Source: an uncultured Bacillota bacterium (GTDB lineage: Bacteria > Sysuimicrobiota > Sysuimicrobiia > Sysuimicrobiales > Segetimicrobiaceae). Taken from it: a stretch of DNA of 14,203 bases. Positions 1 through 7,660 of this stretch are shown here, one piece after another. The notes under the pieces are model-generated. The model ran no database searches, was not told where the DNA came from, and worked only from the letters and a program-made list of their open reading frames with translations. The position numbers and the translations under genes are program-made. Every line of letters begins with the position of its first letter. Position 1 is the stretch's first letter. The stretch lies in the NCBI GenBank assembly GCA_963804645.1, contig CAWDRG010000016.1:1-14203 (forward strand), written 5' to 3'.

Positions 1-6
1 GATAAG

Positions 7-17
7 ATGAACGAGCC
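7..17 (+). repeat. Left subterminal inverted repeat of the IS
   Basis: ATGAACGAGCC is the exact reverse complement of 1501-1511. Confidence 0.9.
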
Positions 18-84
18 GGCGACCCGCGTAATACGTGGGTTGCCACCAGGACGGAGGCCTATCCACATACGGGGGTGCCGGCTC

Positions 85-1194
85 ATGGATCAGCATAGCA
101 TAGTGGTTGGTCTGGATGTCCACAAAGGGAGCATCACGGCCGCGGTCCTGCCGCCAAACGTTGCGCGGCCTCAGGAGACGTGCACGATCGAGAACGACGC
201 GCGGGCCGTCGAGCGCTTGGTGAAACGGATCATGAAGAACGGGAATGCGGTGTTTGTGTACGAGGCGGGGCCGTGTGGATATACGCTGCACCGGCAGTTG
301 TATCGTCTGGGCTGCCAGGCGGCGGTGATCGCCCCGGGCCTGACGCCCGTGCGTCCCGGCGATCGGGTCAAAACGGATCGGCGTGACGCGGAGAACTTGG
401 CACAACTCTATCGCGCGGGGCAACTCACGGAAATTCGGGTGCCCACCGGGGAAGAGGAAGCGGCCAGAGACCTCGTCCGTGCGCGCGAAGACGCCGTGGC
501 CGACCGGCTGCGCGCCCGACATCGGCTGAGCAAATTTCTCCTTCGTCAAGGACGGCTGTACGATGGCAAGCAAGCGTGGAGTCAGAAGCATTACGCGTGG
601 CTCCGTCAGCAACGGTTTGAGTTGACGTTGGCCCAGCAGACGTTTGATGCGTATCTCCGCGGGGTCGAAGAAGCCGACGCCCGGTTGGCGAGTTTGACCA
701 CCCAGGTGCTCGAACTGGCGCAACGGCCGAGCTATGCGGCGCTTGTGCAAGGCCTGCGCTGTCTGAAAGGCGTCGACACGCTGACCGCGATCACACTGAT
801 TGTCGAAACACAGGACTTCCGGCGCTTTGGGCACGCCCGCGCGTACATGGACTTCACCGGCTTGGTGTGCTCCGAGAACAGCAGCGGAGACAGGACCCGC
901 CGCGGCTCTATTACGAAAGTCGGCAACGCGCATCTCCGCCGTGTCCTGGTCGAAGCGGCCTGGAGCTACTCGCATCACAACAGCAGCGGCGCGACGATCA
1001 CCAAACGACGCCACGGCTGTCCGGCGGCAGTGGTGCAGATCGCCCGCCGTGCGCAGGACCGGCTTCACCGCCGCTACTGGCGCCTGACCCAGCGCAATAA
1101 GCCACGGCCAGTCGCGATCGTCGCCGTCGCGCGGGAGTTGGCAGGATTCGTCTGGGCAATCGCGCATAGCGTGTCGAGCACCACCGCGGCGTAG
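85..1194 (+). CDS. IS110-family transposase/recombinase (N-terminal RuvC-like DEDD domain, C-terminal Tnp domain), 369 aa
   Basis: Motifs VGLDVHK, YEAGPCG, KTDRRDA (D-E-D-D) and C-terminal SENSSG...GSITKVGNAHLRRVLVEAAW, ending AIVAVARELAGFVWA. ATG at 85 preferred because the ATG at 7 lies inside the terminal repeat. Confidence 0.97.
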   Translation: MDQHSIVVGLDVHKGSITAAVLPPNVARPQETCTIENDARAVERLVKRIMKNGNAVFVYEAGPCGYTLHRQLYRLGCQAAVIAPGLTPVRPGDRVKTDRRDAENLAQLYRAGQLTEIRVPTGEEEAARDLVRAREDAVADRLRARHRLSKFLLRQGRLYDGKQAWSQKHYAWLRQQRFELTLAQQTFDAYLRGVEEADARLASLTTQVLELAQRPSYAALVQGLRCLKGVDTLTAITLIVETQDFRRFGHARAYMDFTGLVCSENSSGDRTRRGSITKVGNAHLRRVLVEAAWSYSHHNSSGATITKRRHGCPAAVVQIARRAQDRLHRRYWRLTQRNKPRPVAIVAVARELAGFVWAIAHSVSSTTAA

Positions 1195-1260
1195 AGTACC
1201 AGGAACAGATTCCGAGGATCGACGGACGTGTTCTGGACCTGGAGGCGAAGCAGCGGTCAG

Positions 1261-1410
1261 GAGCATCCTCGAGGGGTCTATGTGGCGGACAGGCTGACGT
1301 CTGTGCCGACCCACGTTCCTAGATTGAGGCAGCTCCCGACGAATCACAATCATGTGCGCTCTGCCCGCTTCGTGCGGGTAACCGCCGAATATCAGAGTGA
1401 TTCACCGTCG
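1261..1410 (+). ncRNA. Putative bridge RNA / seekRNA core (ends approximate)
   Basis: Hairpin 1: 1261-1270 pairs with 1326-1335 and 1281-1292 with 1301-1315, leaving a 10x10 internal loop. Hairpin 2: GAATCAC 1341-1347 pairs with GTGATTC 1397-1403 and 1362-1368 with 1374-1380. Loop sequence ATATCAGA 1389-1396 is identical to IS end 1510-1517. Confidence 0.8.
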
Positions 1411-1494
1411 CGAACGCTTCGCTTCCAGGACCCGAATACGCCGTCCATCCTCTGGGACGACGGAGGGCCGTTCGTGGCTTGACCTACACGGTAC

Positions 1495-1500
1495 TTGACA
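1495..1500 (+). promoter_or_regulatory. -35 box (TTGACA) of circle-junction promoter; partner -10 is TAAGAT at 3-8
   Basis: Consensus TTGACA next to the right IR. Joining the ends at the GA core gives TTGACA-17 nt-TAAGAT. Confidence 0.8.
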
Positions 1501-1511
1501 GGCTCGTTCAT
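1501..1511 (-). repeat. Right subterminal inverted repeat of the IS
   Basis: GGCTCGTTCAT is the exact reverse complement of 7-17. Confidence 0.9.
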
Positions 1512-1512
1512 A

Positions 1513-2106
1513 TCAGACCTCCAGCAGGTCCACCCCGTCGACCACGAACTGCGACCACGACTCGAGGCGCGGGTACGCGGCGCGGAGTTCCTCCCGGCCC
1601 GCAAACGCGCCGGCGAGTTTGGAGGTCTCGCGCACCCGGACGTCCTCCGACGGCAGATCGGCGAGGTACACCAGGCCGAAGTGGACGCGTCCCACCGCCT
1701 GGACATCGTCGTTCAGCGCGCCGATGGGCACGGCGTGCCACCCTGGGGGCAGCGCGACCTCTTCGGTGAGCTCCCGCTTCATCCCGGCGGCGACGCGGTC
1801 CCGCTCGGTGTCGCCGTCCTCCGGGTTGATGTGGCCGCCGAGACCGACCGACAGCTTGTCGCGGAGCCGCGCTTCCGATCCGCCCCGCGTGCGCTCCACG
1901 AGAAAGATCCGGTCGGCGTGGCGGAGGATGACGTATGGGATGATCTGCTTCAGGCTCGCGTCCTCCTCCACGCGGTCGCGCGGCGCGAAGAACGCGTGGG
2001 TGGCGATCGTGTCGAGGTACGCGGGCAGGCCGTCGCGCGAAAATCCATAGAACGCGCCGGAGGGAAAGAGGAGCGCGCGGGGCACCACCAGGACCTGTTC
2101 GGGCAT
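1513..2106 (-). CDS. Predicted NUDIX-family phosphoesterase (YmaB/COG4112-like), 197 aa
   Basis: EQVLVVPR, RDRVEEDASLKQIIPYV, RTRGGSEARL, SVGLGGHINPED, GMKRELTEEV, VGRVHFGLV and LESWSQ are typical of this family; ATG at 2106. Confidence 0.85.
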   Translation of the reverse strand: MPEQVLVVPRALLFPSGAFYGFSRDGLPAYLDTIATHAFFAPRDRVEEDASLKQIIPYVILRHADRIFLVERTRGGSEARLRDKLSVGLGGHINPEDGDTERDRVAAGMKRELTEEVALPPGWHAVPIGALNDDVQAVGRVHFGLVYLADLPSEDVRVRETSKLAGAFAGREELRAAYPRLESWSQFVVDGVDLLEV

Positions 2107-2153
2107 ACCGTCCAGTTTTTCCCGGGGGCGACGAAGTCCTGCGGCGGACCGCG

Positions 2154-2645
2154 TCAGACGACGCGGAACGCCGCGTCCACGAGGACGTCGTCCTCGGCGT
2201 GGATCTTGCCGAGCAGGATGCCCGGGTCGGATCCAAACAGATGCGGCAGGATGAGAGGGAGATCCCCCGGGATGGGGAGCGACGCCACGTCCTCGAGCGG
2301 CACCCACCGGAGCGCGCCCTCGTCGGTCGCCGCGGGGTCCGGGTCGCCGCTCGGCCGCTCGGCGGTGAACGCGAACAGGAGCCACTGCGCGTTCGCCGTG
2401 CGGCTGATCACCGTCAGCACCGCGCGCAGACGAGCCTCAGCGAGGCGCAGGCCCGTCTCTTCGTGCACCTCGCGCAGGCAGGCGTCGTACGGGTCCTCGC
2501 CCGGCTCGATCTTCCCGCCCGGCGCGTTGTACTTCCCTTGGTTGGGCGGGTTGCGGCGGAGGAGCAGCAGCACGCGGTCGCCGTCGCGGATGAAGCACAG
2601 CGTCCGAAGATGGATCGCAGGCGGTCCGGCGCTTTCCTGGGCCAT
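2154..2645 (-). CDS. NUDIX hydrolase, MutT/8-oxo-dGTP diphosphatase-like, about 163 aa
   Basis: Canonical Nudix box GGKIEPGEDPYDACLREVHEETGL, plus TLCFIRDGDRVLLL and EGALRWVP. The start codon is uncertain. Confidence 0.88.
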   Translation of the reverse strand: MAQESAGPPAIHLRTLCFIRDGDRVLLLLRRNPPNQGKYNAPGGKIEPGEDPYDACLREVHEETGLRLAEARLRAVLTVISRTANAQWLLFAFTAERPSGDPDPAATDEGALRWVPLEDVASLPIPGDLPLILPHLFGSDPGILLGKIHAEDDVLVDAAFRVV

Positions 2646-2787
2646 TGCCGTCAATCTCGCGACTTTCCCGCCTGGCGTGGAATCGGCGCCGAGTATTCGT
2701 GTAAGACAGACGCGTTCACCGCTCACCCCACCATCGCCGCCGTGCGCGTTCCGCGACGCCGTCGGTTCTGGACTTCCCATGAAATGC

Positions 2788-2813
2788 CGGTGAGGGGGAG
2801 GGCCCCCTCACCG
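2788..2813 (-). terminator. Strong hairpin, probable intrinsic terminator
   Basis: CGGTGAGGGGG (2788-2798) / CCCCCTCACCG (2803-2813): perfect 11-bp stem with a 4-nt loop, 32 nt past the small-ORF stop. The U-tract is weak. Confidence 0.6.
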
Positions 2814-2845
2814 AACCACCGATCGTGCGCACCGCCCACATTCGG

Positions 2846-2917
2846 TCAGCGGATCATCAGGTGGCCTGTTGCCCACAGTGCGATACCGACAAACGCGAGA
2901 AATGCGAAGAGTGCCAC
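2846..2917 (-). CDS. Putative 23-aa single-pass membrane peptide MALFAFLAFVGIALWATGHLMIR
   Basis: Strong SD GGAGGAGGTGA (2933-2923), with GGAGG 8 nt before the GTG at 2917; TGA at 2848-2846; hydrophobic sequence; downstream hairpin. Confidence 0.6.
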   Translation of the reverse strand: MALFAFLAFVGIALWATGHLMIR

Positions 2918-3023
2918 CGGGTTCACCTCCTCCGCGACAATGGGTGCCGTACTGGTGTTCGCGGCGGCGCGCAGAGGTCCTGCCGGGACGAAGGTGCGAC
3001 GCCGACTCGCGGCGTGAGGGACG

Positions 3024-3249
3024 TTACTTCTTCGGGAAGAGCAGCGTCACGATGATCTGGACTCCCCACTGGGGGGCGGTGACGGGCCGGACGGGGTAGT
3101 ACTTGACCCCGAAGGCGAGGGAAGTGAGCTGGTTCCCGAATTTGTAGACCTTGCTCACCGACGCGATCAGCGGGACCGTCCACTGAGTCTGGGTCCAGTT
3201 GTACGTGGCCTGGGTCTGGAACGTGTAGGTGAGGCTGTTCTTGAGCGTA
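3024..3249 (-). pseudogene. C-terminal fragment of an outer-membrane beta-barrel-like protein
   Basis: YNWTQTQWTVPLIASVSKVYKFGNQLTSLAFGVKYYPVRPVTAPQWGVQIIVTLLFPKK shows alternating amphipathic strands and an LLFPK end. Protein-like sequence stops at a 10-bp tandem duplication (3240-3259), and there is no room for an N-terminus. Confidence 0.65.
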
Positions 3250-3363
3250 CTTGAGCGTATAGGAGACGAACGGCTGCCCGCTCCGTTCGCCATCGGTTCA
3301 CACGCATGCGCATCCCATGGAGCGGGCTTCGGCCGCGTCGCCGCGACTCCTTGTGCTGGAGCC

Positions 3364-4626
3364 TTACGTGACGATCGTGTTACGGTTCAGGAAACGGCCC
3401 GCGCGCATGATCATGGTCGGTCGTCGCAGGACGTCGACGTTGGCGAGTGAGTCGCCGCGTACCGCGATGATGTCCGCGGTCGCGCCTTCGCGCAGTGTAC
3501 CGGTCTCGCCTCCGATCCCGAGCACGTCGGCCGCGCCCGAAGTCGCCGCGGTCAGCGCCTCGCCCACGCGCATACCGGCCTCACACAACAGCTCGATTTC
3601 CGTCACCAGCCCGTCAAACGGCGTGTGCCGCCATCCGGCGTCCGTGCCGGCGATCAGCCGGACCCCCGCGTGGTGCATGCGGCGGGCGCTCTCGAGATGA
3701 TGCTCGAGACCCCGCCGCCACCGGTCCAGCGCGGCTCGCTCCGCGGCGGTCGTGGCCGCGCGGGCCCCGAGGGCTTTCACCATGTAATGGCTGACGCATA
3801 GGGTCGTGATCACCGGCGTGCCCGTGCGTGCCAGTGCGTCGACGACCGCCGGCTCGAACTCGTACGAGCCCGACGGGCCGCGGGAGAAATGTGCGTGCTC
3901 GACGTGGTCCGCGTGCGCGGCAAGCGCGTTGCGGGTGGCCGCGGCACAGGTGCAGTGAATGCCCACCTGACGGCCCAGCCGGTGGGCCTCCTCGACTGCG
4001 GCCGCGAGTTCCTCGACGGAATAGGAGGGCCGCGACGAGAGAGTCCCCACCGTCCCGCCGCCGCTCCCCATGATCTTGATGAAATCGACGCCCGCTTTGA
4101 CCAACCCGCGTACCATGCGGCGCATGCCCTCCGGCCCGTCGGCCTCGCCGCCGAAGTACCAGCAGTGGCCGCCCGTGATGGTGATCGGCCACCGACACAC
4201 GTGCAGCCGCGGGCCCACCACGTACCCGAGGGTCAGCGCGCGCTTCAGGTCGAGGGTGACGCGATCCATCCCGCCGCAGTCGCGAAGGGTCGTAATGCCG
4301 GCGGCGAGGGCCGTCCGCGCGTTGCGCAGGGCCAGCGCGGCCAGCGTCCCGCGGGGTTCCTGGACGGTGGTTTCGAGGGGCGTGCCATCGCCCGGCAGTA
4401 CTAGATGCACGTGGGCGTCGATGAGGCCGGGCAGCAGCGTGTCCCCGCCGACGTCGTGCACCGGGAGATCCGGAGGCAGGCGCTCCGGGGGAACCACGCC
4501 GGCGTATACGGCGTGAATGCGGCCGCCGCGCACCACGACGGTCGGGCGGTCGATCGGCGGTGCTCCGGTGCCGTCGATCAATCGCGCGGCGCGGATCACC
4601 GCATCGCCCGCCGGTGCGCCCGTCAC
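3364..4626 (-). CDS. Amidohydrolase-family metal-dependent hydrolase (prolidase/imidazolonepropionase-like), about 420 aa
   Basis: TLLPGLIDAHVH, GITTLRDCG, GVDFIKIM, VGIHC, VEHA, AGTDAG and ADIIAV motifs; GTG at 4626 with GGAG upstream (start inferred). Confidence 0.92.
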   Translation of the reverse strand: MTGAPAGDAVIRAARLIDGTGAPPIDRPTVVVRGGRIHAVYAGVVPPERLPPDLPVHDVGGDTLLPGLIDAHVHLVLPGDGTPLETTVQEPRGTLAALALRNARTALAAGITTLRDCGGMDRVTLDLKRALTLGYVVGPRLHVCRWPITITGGHCWYFGGEADGPEGMRRMVRGLVKAGVDFIKIMGSGGGTVGTLSSRPSYSVEELAAAVEEAHRLGRQVGIHCTCAAATRNALAAHADHVEHAHFSRGPSGSYEFEPAVVDALARTGTPVITTLCVSHYMVKALGARAATTAAERAALDRWRRGLEHHLESARRMHHAGVRLIAGTDAGWRHTPFDGLVTEIELLCEAGMRVGEALTAATSGAADVLGIGGETGTLREGATADIIAVRGDSLANVDVLRRPTMIMRAGRFLNRNTIVT

Positions 4627-4706
4627 GGAGTACGCTCCGCGTCCGTGCGCCGCGGCCGCGGAGGAACGCCCCGCCGACCCGAAGACGTCCGTCGCATCGC
4701 GGCCGG

Positions 4707-6296
4707 TTAGTGCTGCACGGACACGTCGTTCAGGAGCGGGTAGGTCGAATACGTGTACTTCGTGTCCTTGACCGTGTTGCGGATCGCCCACACGGACAGC
4801 ACGTCGTACAGGGGTACCGCCACCGCCTGGTCGAGGAGGAGGTGTTCCAACGCCACGTACGTGGCGCGCCGCTTTCCCGGCACGAGTTGCTCGCGCCCTT
4901 CCTGCAGGAGCCGATCCACGTCCGCGCTCGAGTAACACGCCCAGTTGAAGTTGCCGCCGATCGCCGATGACGAGAACAGGGAGGACAGGCCGTCCCAGTC
5001 GGTACTGCGCAGGAAGATGGTGGTGGCGTTGGTGGCGCAGCGGTAGTTGTCTTCATAGTACGGCGGGCGCGCCTGCCCTTTGATTCTGGCATCGATCCCG
5101 AGCGACAGGAGTTGGCCTTGGAGCAGCTCGATCTCGGGCGCAGTCCCCCCGCCGTAGTTGATTGTGTTGATGACCAGGGACAGGGATTTCCCGTTTTTCT
5201 GCCGGATGTCGTTCGGCCCCATCTTCCACCCATCCTCATCGAGGAGTTGGGCCGCTTTTTGAGGGTCGTAGGGGTAGATTGTGCACAGGGAGGGATCGTC
5301 GAGCGTGTGTCTGGACAAGGGGCCGCACGCCGTGGTGCCCAGGCCCTTCACGATGGACTCGACGAATGCGGGTCGATTGACCCCGTAGCTGATCGCTCGC
5401 CGGACCTGCAGATCGTCCGTGGGCGCGGCCCGCACGTTTAGGAACAATAGGTCCGACGATCCCGGATAGGGAAGACTCTCCACGCGCAGTGCCGTGTCCG
5501 CTTGCAACTGCGACAGGGCCGCGGACGGTGCGCCGAGGAGCGAGATCATCTGCGTCTCACCGGATTGTACCGTCACGACGCGCGCGCCGGCCTCCGGGAT
5601 AATCTTCCATACGACCGTGTCCAGGTAGGGCGGCCCCTGGTGGGTGCTCCACGGGGCGCGCCGATTGTAGCGCGGATTGCGCGCCATCGTGATGTGGTCG
5701 TGGTGGACCCATTCCGCGATGACGAACGGCCCGCTGCCGATCGGCTGATCGCCCACCGCGGCGCCCTGCCCGGGCGTCGTCTTCGGGGAGAGCAGAGGGA
5801 GCCAGCTTCCGGCGGCGTACGTCAAAAACGGCGCAAACGGCGCCTTGAAATTTACGCGCACCGTGTGGTCGTCGACGACGGTCGTCCCCGCGTATCCGGT
5901 AAGGTTTGTCAGCGACGCGCCCGCCGCAAAGTGCGGGTCGACGATCCTGTCGAAGTTCCACTTTACCGCCGCCGCATCCAGCGGGGCGCCGTCGGAAAAC
6001 ACGACATCCTTCCTCAGGGCAAACGTGAACGACTTCCCGTCCGGGGACACCGAGTAGTCCGTCGCGAGCCACGGGAGAATCTTGCCGTCCTGGCGCTCGT
6101 ACAGGAGACTCTCGGCCACGTTCGCGGTGATCTCGTAGGTGACCGCCGACGGCGTGGCGTGCGGATCGAGCGTGGGTGGTTCTTGGTCGAGGCCGATCGT
6201 CAGGGTCCCGCCCGGCGTGGCCGCCGCGCCGATCCCGGATGCGACCAGAAGCAGCATCAGCGCCGCGCCGGTTACATGTCGCCACCGTCTGGTCAC
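4707..6296 (-). CDS. ABC transporter substrate-binding protein, family 5 (DppA/OppA-like), 529 aa
   Basis: Signal peptide, GGTLTIGLDQEPPTLDPH, PWLATDYSVSPDG..FTFALRKDVVFSDG, PIGSGPF and VRRAISYGVNR; SD GGAGG upstream of the GTG. Confidence 0.95.
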   Translation of the reverse strand: MTRRWRHVTGAALMLLLVASGIGAAATPGGTLTIGLDQEPPTLDPHATPSAVTYEITANVAESLLYERQDGKILPWLATDYSVSPDGKSFTFALRKDVVFSDGAPLDAAAVKWNFDRIVDPHFAAGASLTNLTGYAGTTVVDDHTVRVNFKAPFAPFLTYAAGSWLPLLSPKTTPGQGAAVGDQPIGSGPFVIAEWVHHDHITMARNPRYNRRAPWSTHQGPPYLDTVVWKIIPEAGARVVTVQSGETQMISLLGAPSAALSQLQADTALRVESLPYPGSSDLLFLNVRAAPTDDLQVRRAISYGVNRPAFVESIVKGLGTTACGPLSRHTLDDPSLCTIYPYDPQKAAQLLDEDGWKMGPNDIRQKNGKSLSLVINTINYGGGTAPEIELLQGQLLSLGIDARIKGQARPPYYEDNYRCATNATTIFLRSTDWDGLSSLFSSSAIGGNFNWACYSSADVDRLLQEGREQLVPGKRRATYVALEHLLLDQAVAVPLYDVLSVWAIRNTVKDTKYTYSTYPLLNDVSVQH

Positions 6297-6576
6297 TGGT
6301 CACCTCCACGCCCGTCCGCGGATCTCCCGCCGTGGTCCGGGAGCGTAGCGTGTCATCGCGCCGCCGAGGCACGGCGACGGCCCGCACGCCGTCCCCAAGC
6401 ATTCCATACCGCCGTCGGGAGATCATTCCTCGAGGCGCATCGGAGGGAGGACCGTGGACGCCGGGACGTGGATGCGCCTGCGCGGTCTTGGCAGCAGTGA
6501 TCCGAGCACGTACCCGCGTCGGCCGCTCGCCTGGAGCGCGAGCGGCGTGTCGCACCAGGGGCGATGGGGAGCGCGC

Positions 6577-7053
6577 TTACATGACGACGATAAATCCGGC
6601 CATATAGCCTTCTTTCCCGGGTCCCGCGTAGCCGGAGTCCATCGCCCAGTGGCTGGGACCGTCGCACTGCAGCCCGCAGAACCACCGGTACGTGCCCGGT
6701 TTGGACGGCGTGAACGTGGTCGTCGTGGTGACCGGTGTGGTCTTGCCTGCTGCTTTCGTGCCGGGATTCACCTGCAAGTTGAGACCCAGGTCCGGCGCGG
6801 TGACCGTGTGGGCACCGGTATCGTAGTTGATGATCTGCAGGCGGACTGGCGAGCCGGCCTTGACGACGAAGCTTGACGGCACGAACGAGTCATGTCCCTT
6901 GCCGTCCGGTCCCGTCAGCGCCCCTGGGAGCACGTACATCGTCACCGACTGATCCTCGGCGTTCGCCCGCACCACCGGGCCCAGCACGGCGGCCGTGCCC
7001 ACTCCTCCGGCCATCATCATCAGCGCGTCTCGCCGTCGAAACACCCTTCGCAT
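6577..7053 (-). CDS. Exported cupredoxin-domain protein with Tat-like signal, 158 aa
   Basis: SD AAGGAGG before the ATG at 7053; FRRRDALM twin-arginine-like leader ending in [28 protein letters not shown]...H..M...GYMAGFIVV. Confidence 0.85.
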   Translation of the reverse strand: MRRVFRRRDALMMMAGGVGTAAVLGPVVRANAEDQSVTMYVLPGALTGPDGKGHDSFVPSSFVVKAGSPVRLQIINYDTGAHTVTAPDLGLNLQVNPGTKAAGKTTPVTTTTTFTPSKPGTYRWFCGLQCDGPSHWAMDSGYAGPGKEGYMAGFIVVM

Positions 7054-7309
7054 CGAGTGCCTCCTTCGTCCACCGTGCCAGTTCACGTCCCGGCCGCAGT
7101 GCGATTTCTTCCAGCAGTATGCCAACCACTCGGCGGGCGCGATATCGGGCCGAGGCCCGATCTTGGCACCCCGGCGACGCCCGCGGCCGTCGCGGGAGCA
7201 TGAGACGCCGCGCGCGCCCCCGAGCCGGGTGAGAGCGGGAGGCCGCAGGCGCGCGGCGAATCCACACCCTGCGGGCGCCGTCTGCGAGCGCCGCAAGGGG
7301 AGGGACGTC

Positions 7310-7660
7310 ATGGCCGATGTACGGCACGTGTTCGCGACGCTGCGCGAGCTTCCGGGCAAGGAGATCGCACCGGGAGCGACGATGCGGCCCCTCGCGGGCG
7401 AGCACATGATGATGAGCTACTTCGAGTTCGTGCCCGGCGCGGTCGTGCCGGTGCACTCGCACCCGCACGAACAGGTCGGCGTGCTGCTTGAGGGAAAGCT
7501 CGAGATGGAGATCGGGGGCGAGCGCCGCGCGCTGGAACCGGGCGACGCCTACGTCATTCCGGGTGGCGTGCCGCACGGCGCTCGCGCGCACGCCGGGCCG
7601 GCGCGGGTGCTGGACGTCTTCTACCCGCGCCGCGAGGACTACTTGAAGCTGTTCACGTAG
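7310..7660 (+). CDS. Cupin-domain protein, 116 aa
   Basis: [21 protein letters not shown] and [14 protein letters not shown] metal-binding motifs; SD GGGGAGG upstream. Confidence 0.93.
   Translation: MADVRHVFATLRELPGKEIAPGATMRPLAGEHMMMSYFEFVPGAVVPVHSHPHEQVGVLLEGKLEMEIGGERRALEPGDAYVIPGGVPHGARAHAGPARVLDVFYPRREDYLKLFT

Larger units (their letters stand above)
1..1517 (+). mobile_element. IS110-family insertion sequence, IS1111-type (short left end, long non-coding right end)
   Basis: DEDD transposase 85-1194; perfect 11-bp subterminal inverted repeats ATGAACGAGCC (7-17) / GGCTCGTTCAT (1501-1511); GA at 1-2 and 1516-1517 as putative core. The left flank lies outside the window, so the exact left boundary is inferred. 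Confidence 0.9.

Noticed and set aside
7..84. 26-aa N-terminal extension of the transposase in the ORF track
   Set aside because: The ATG lies inside the left inverted repeat and overlaps the -10 box; family similarity begins at Met 85.
1228..1482. 84-aa ORF downstream of the transposase
   Set aside because: No recognisable motifs; the region is better explained as structured guide RNA.
1495..2793. 432-aa plus-strand ORF starting at the IS end
   Set aside because: It is antisense to two clear NUDIX genes, and its TTG start is part of the -35 box.
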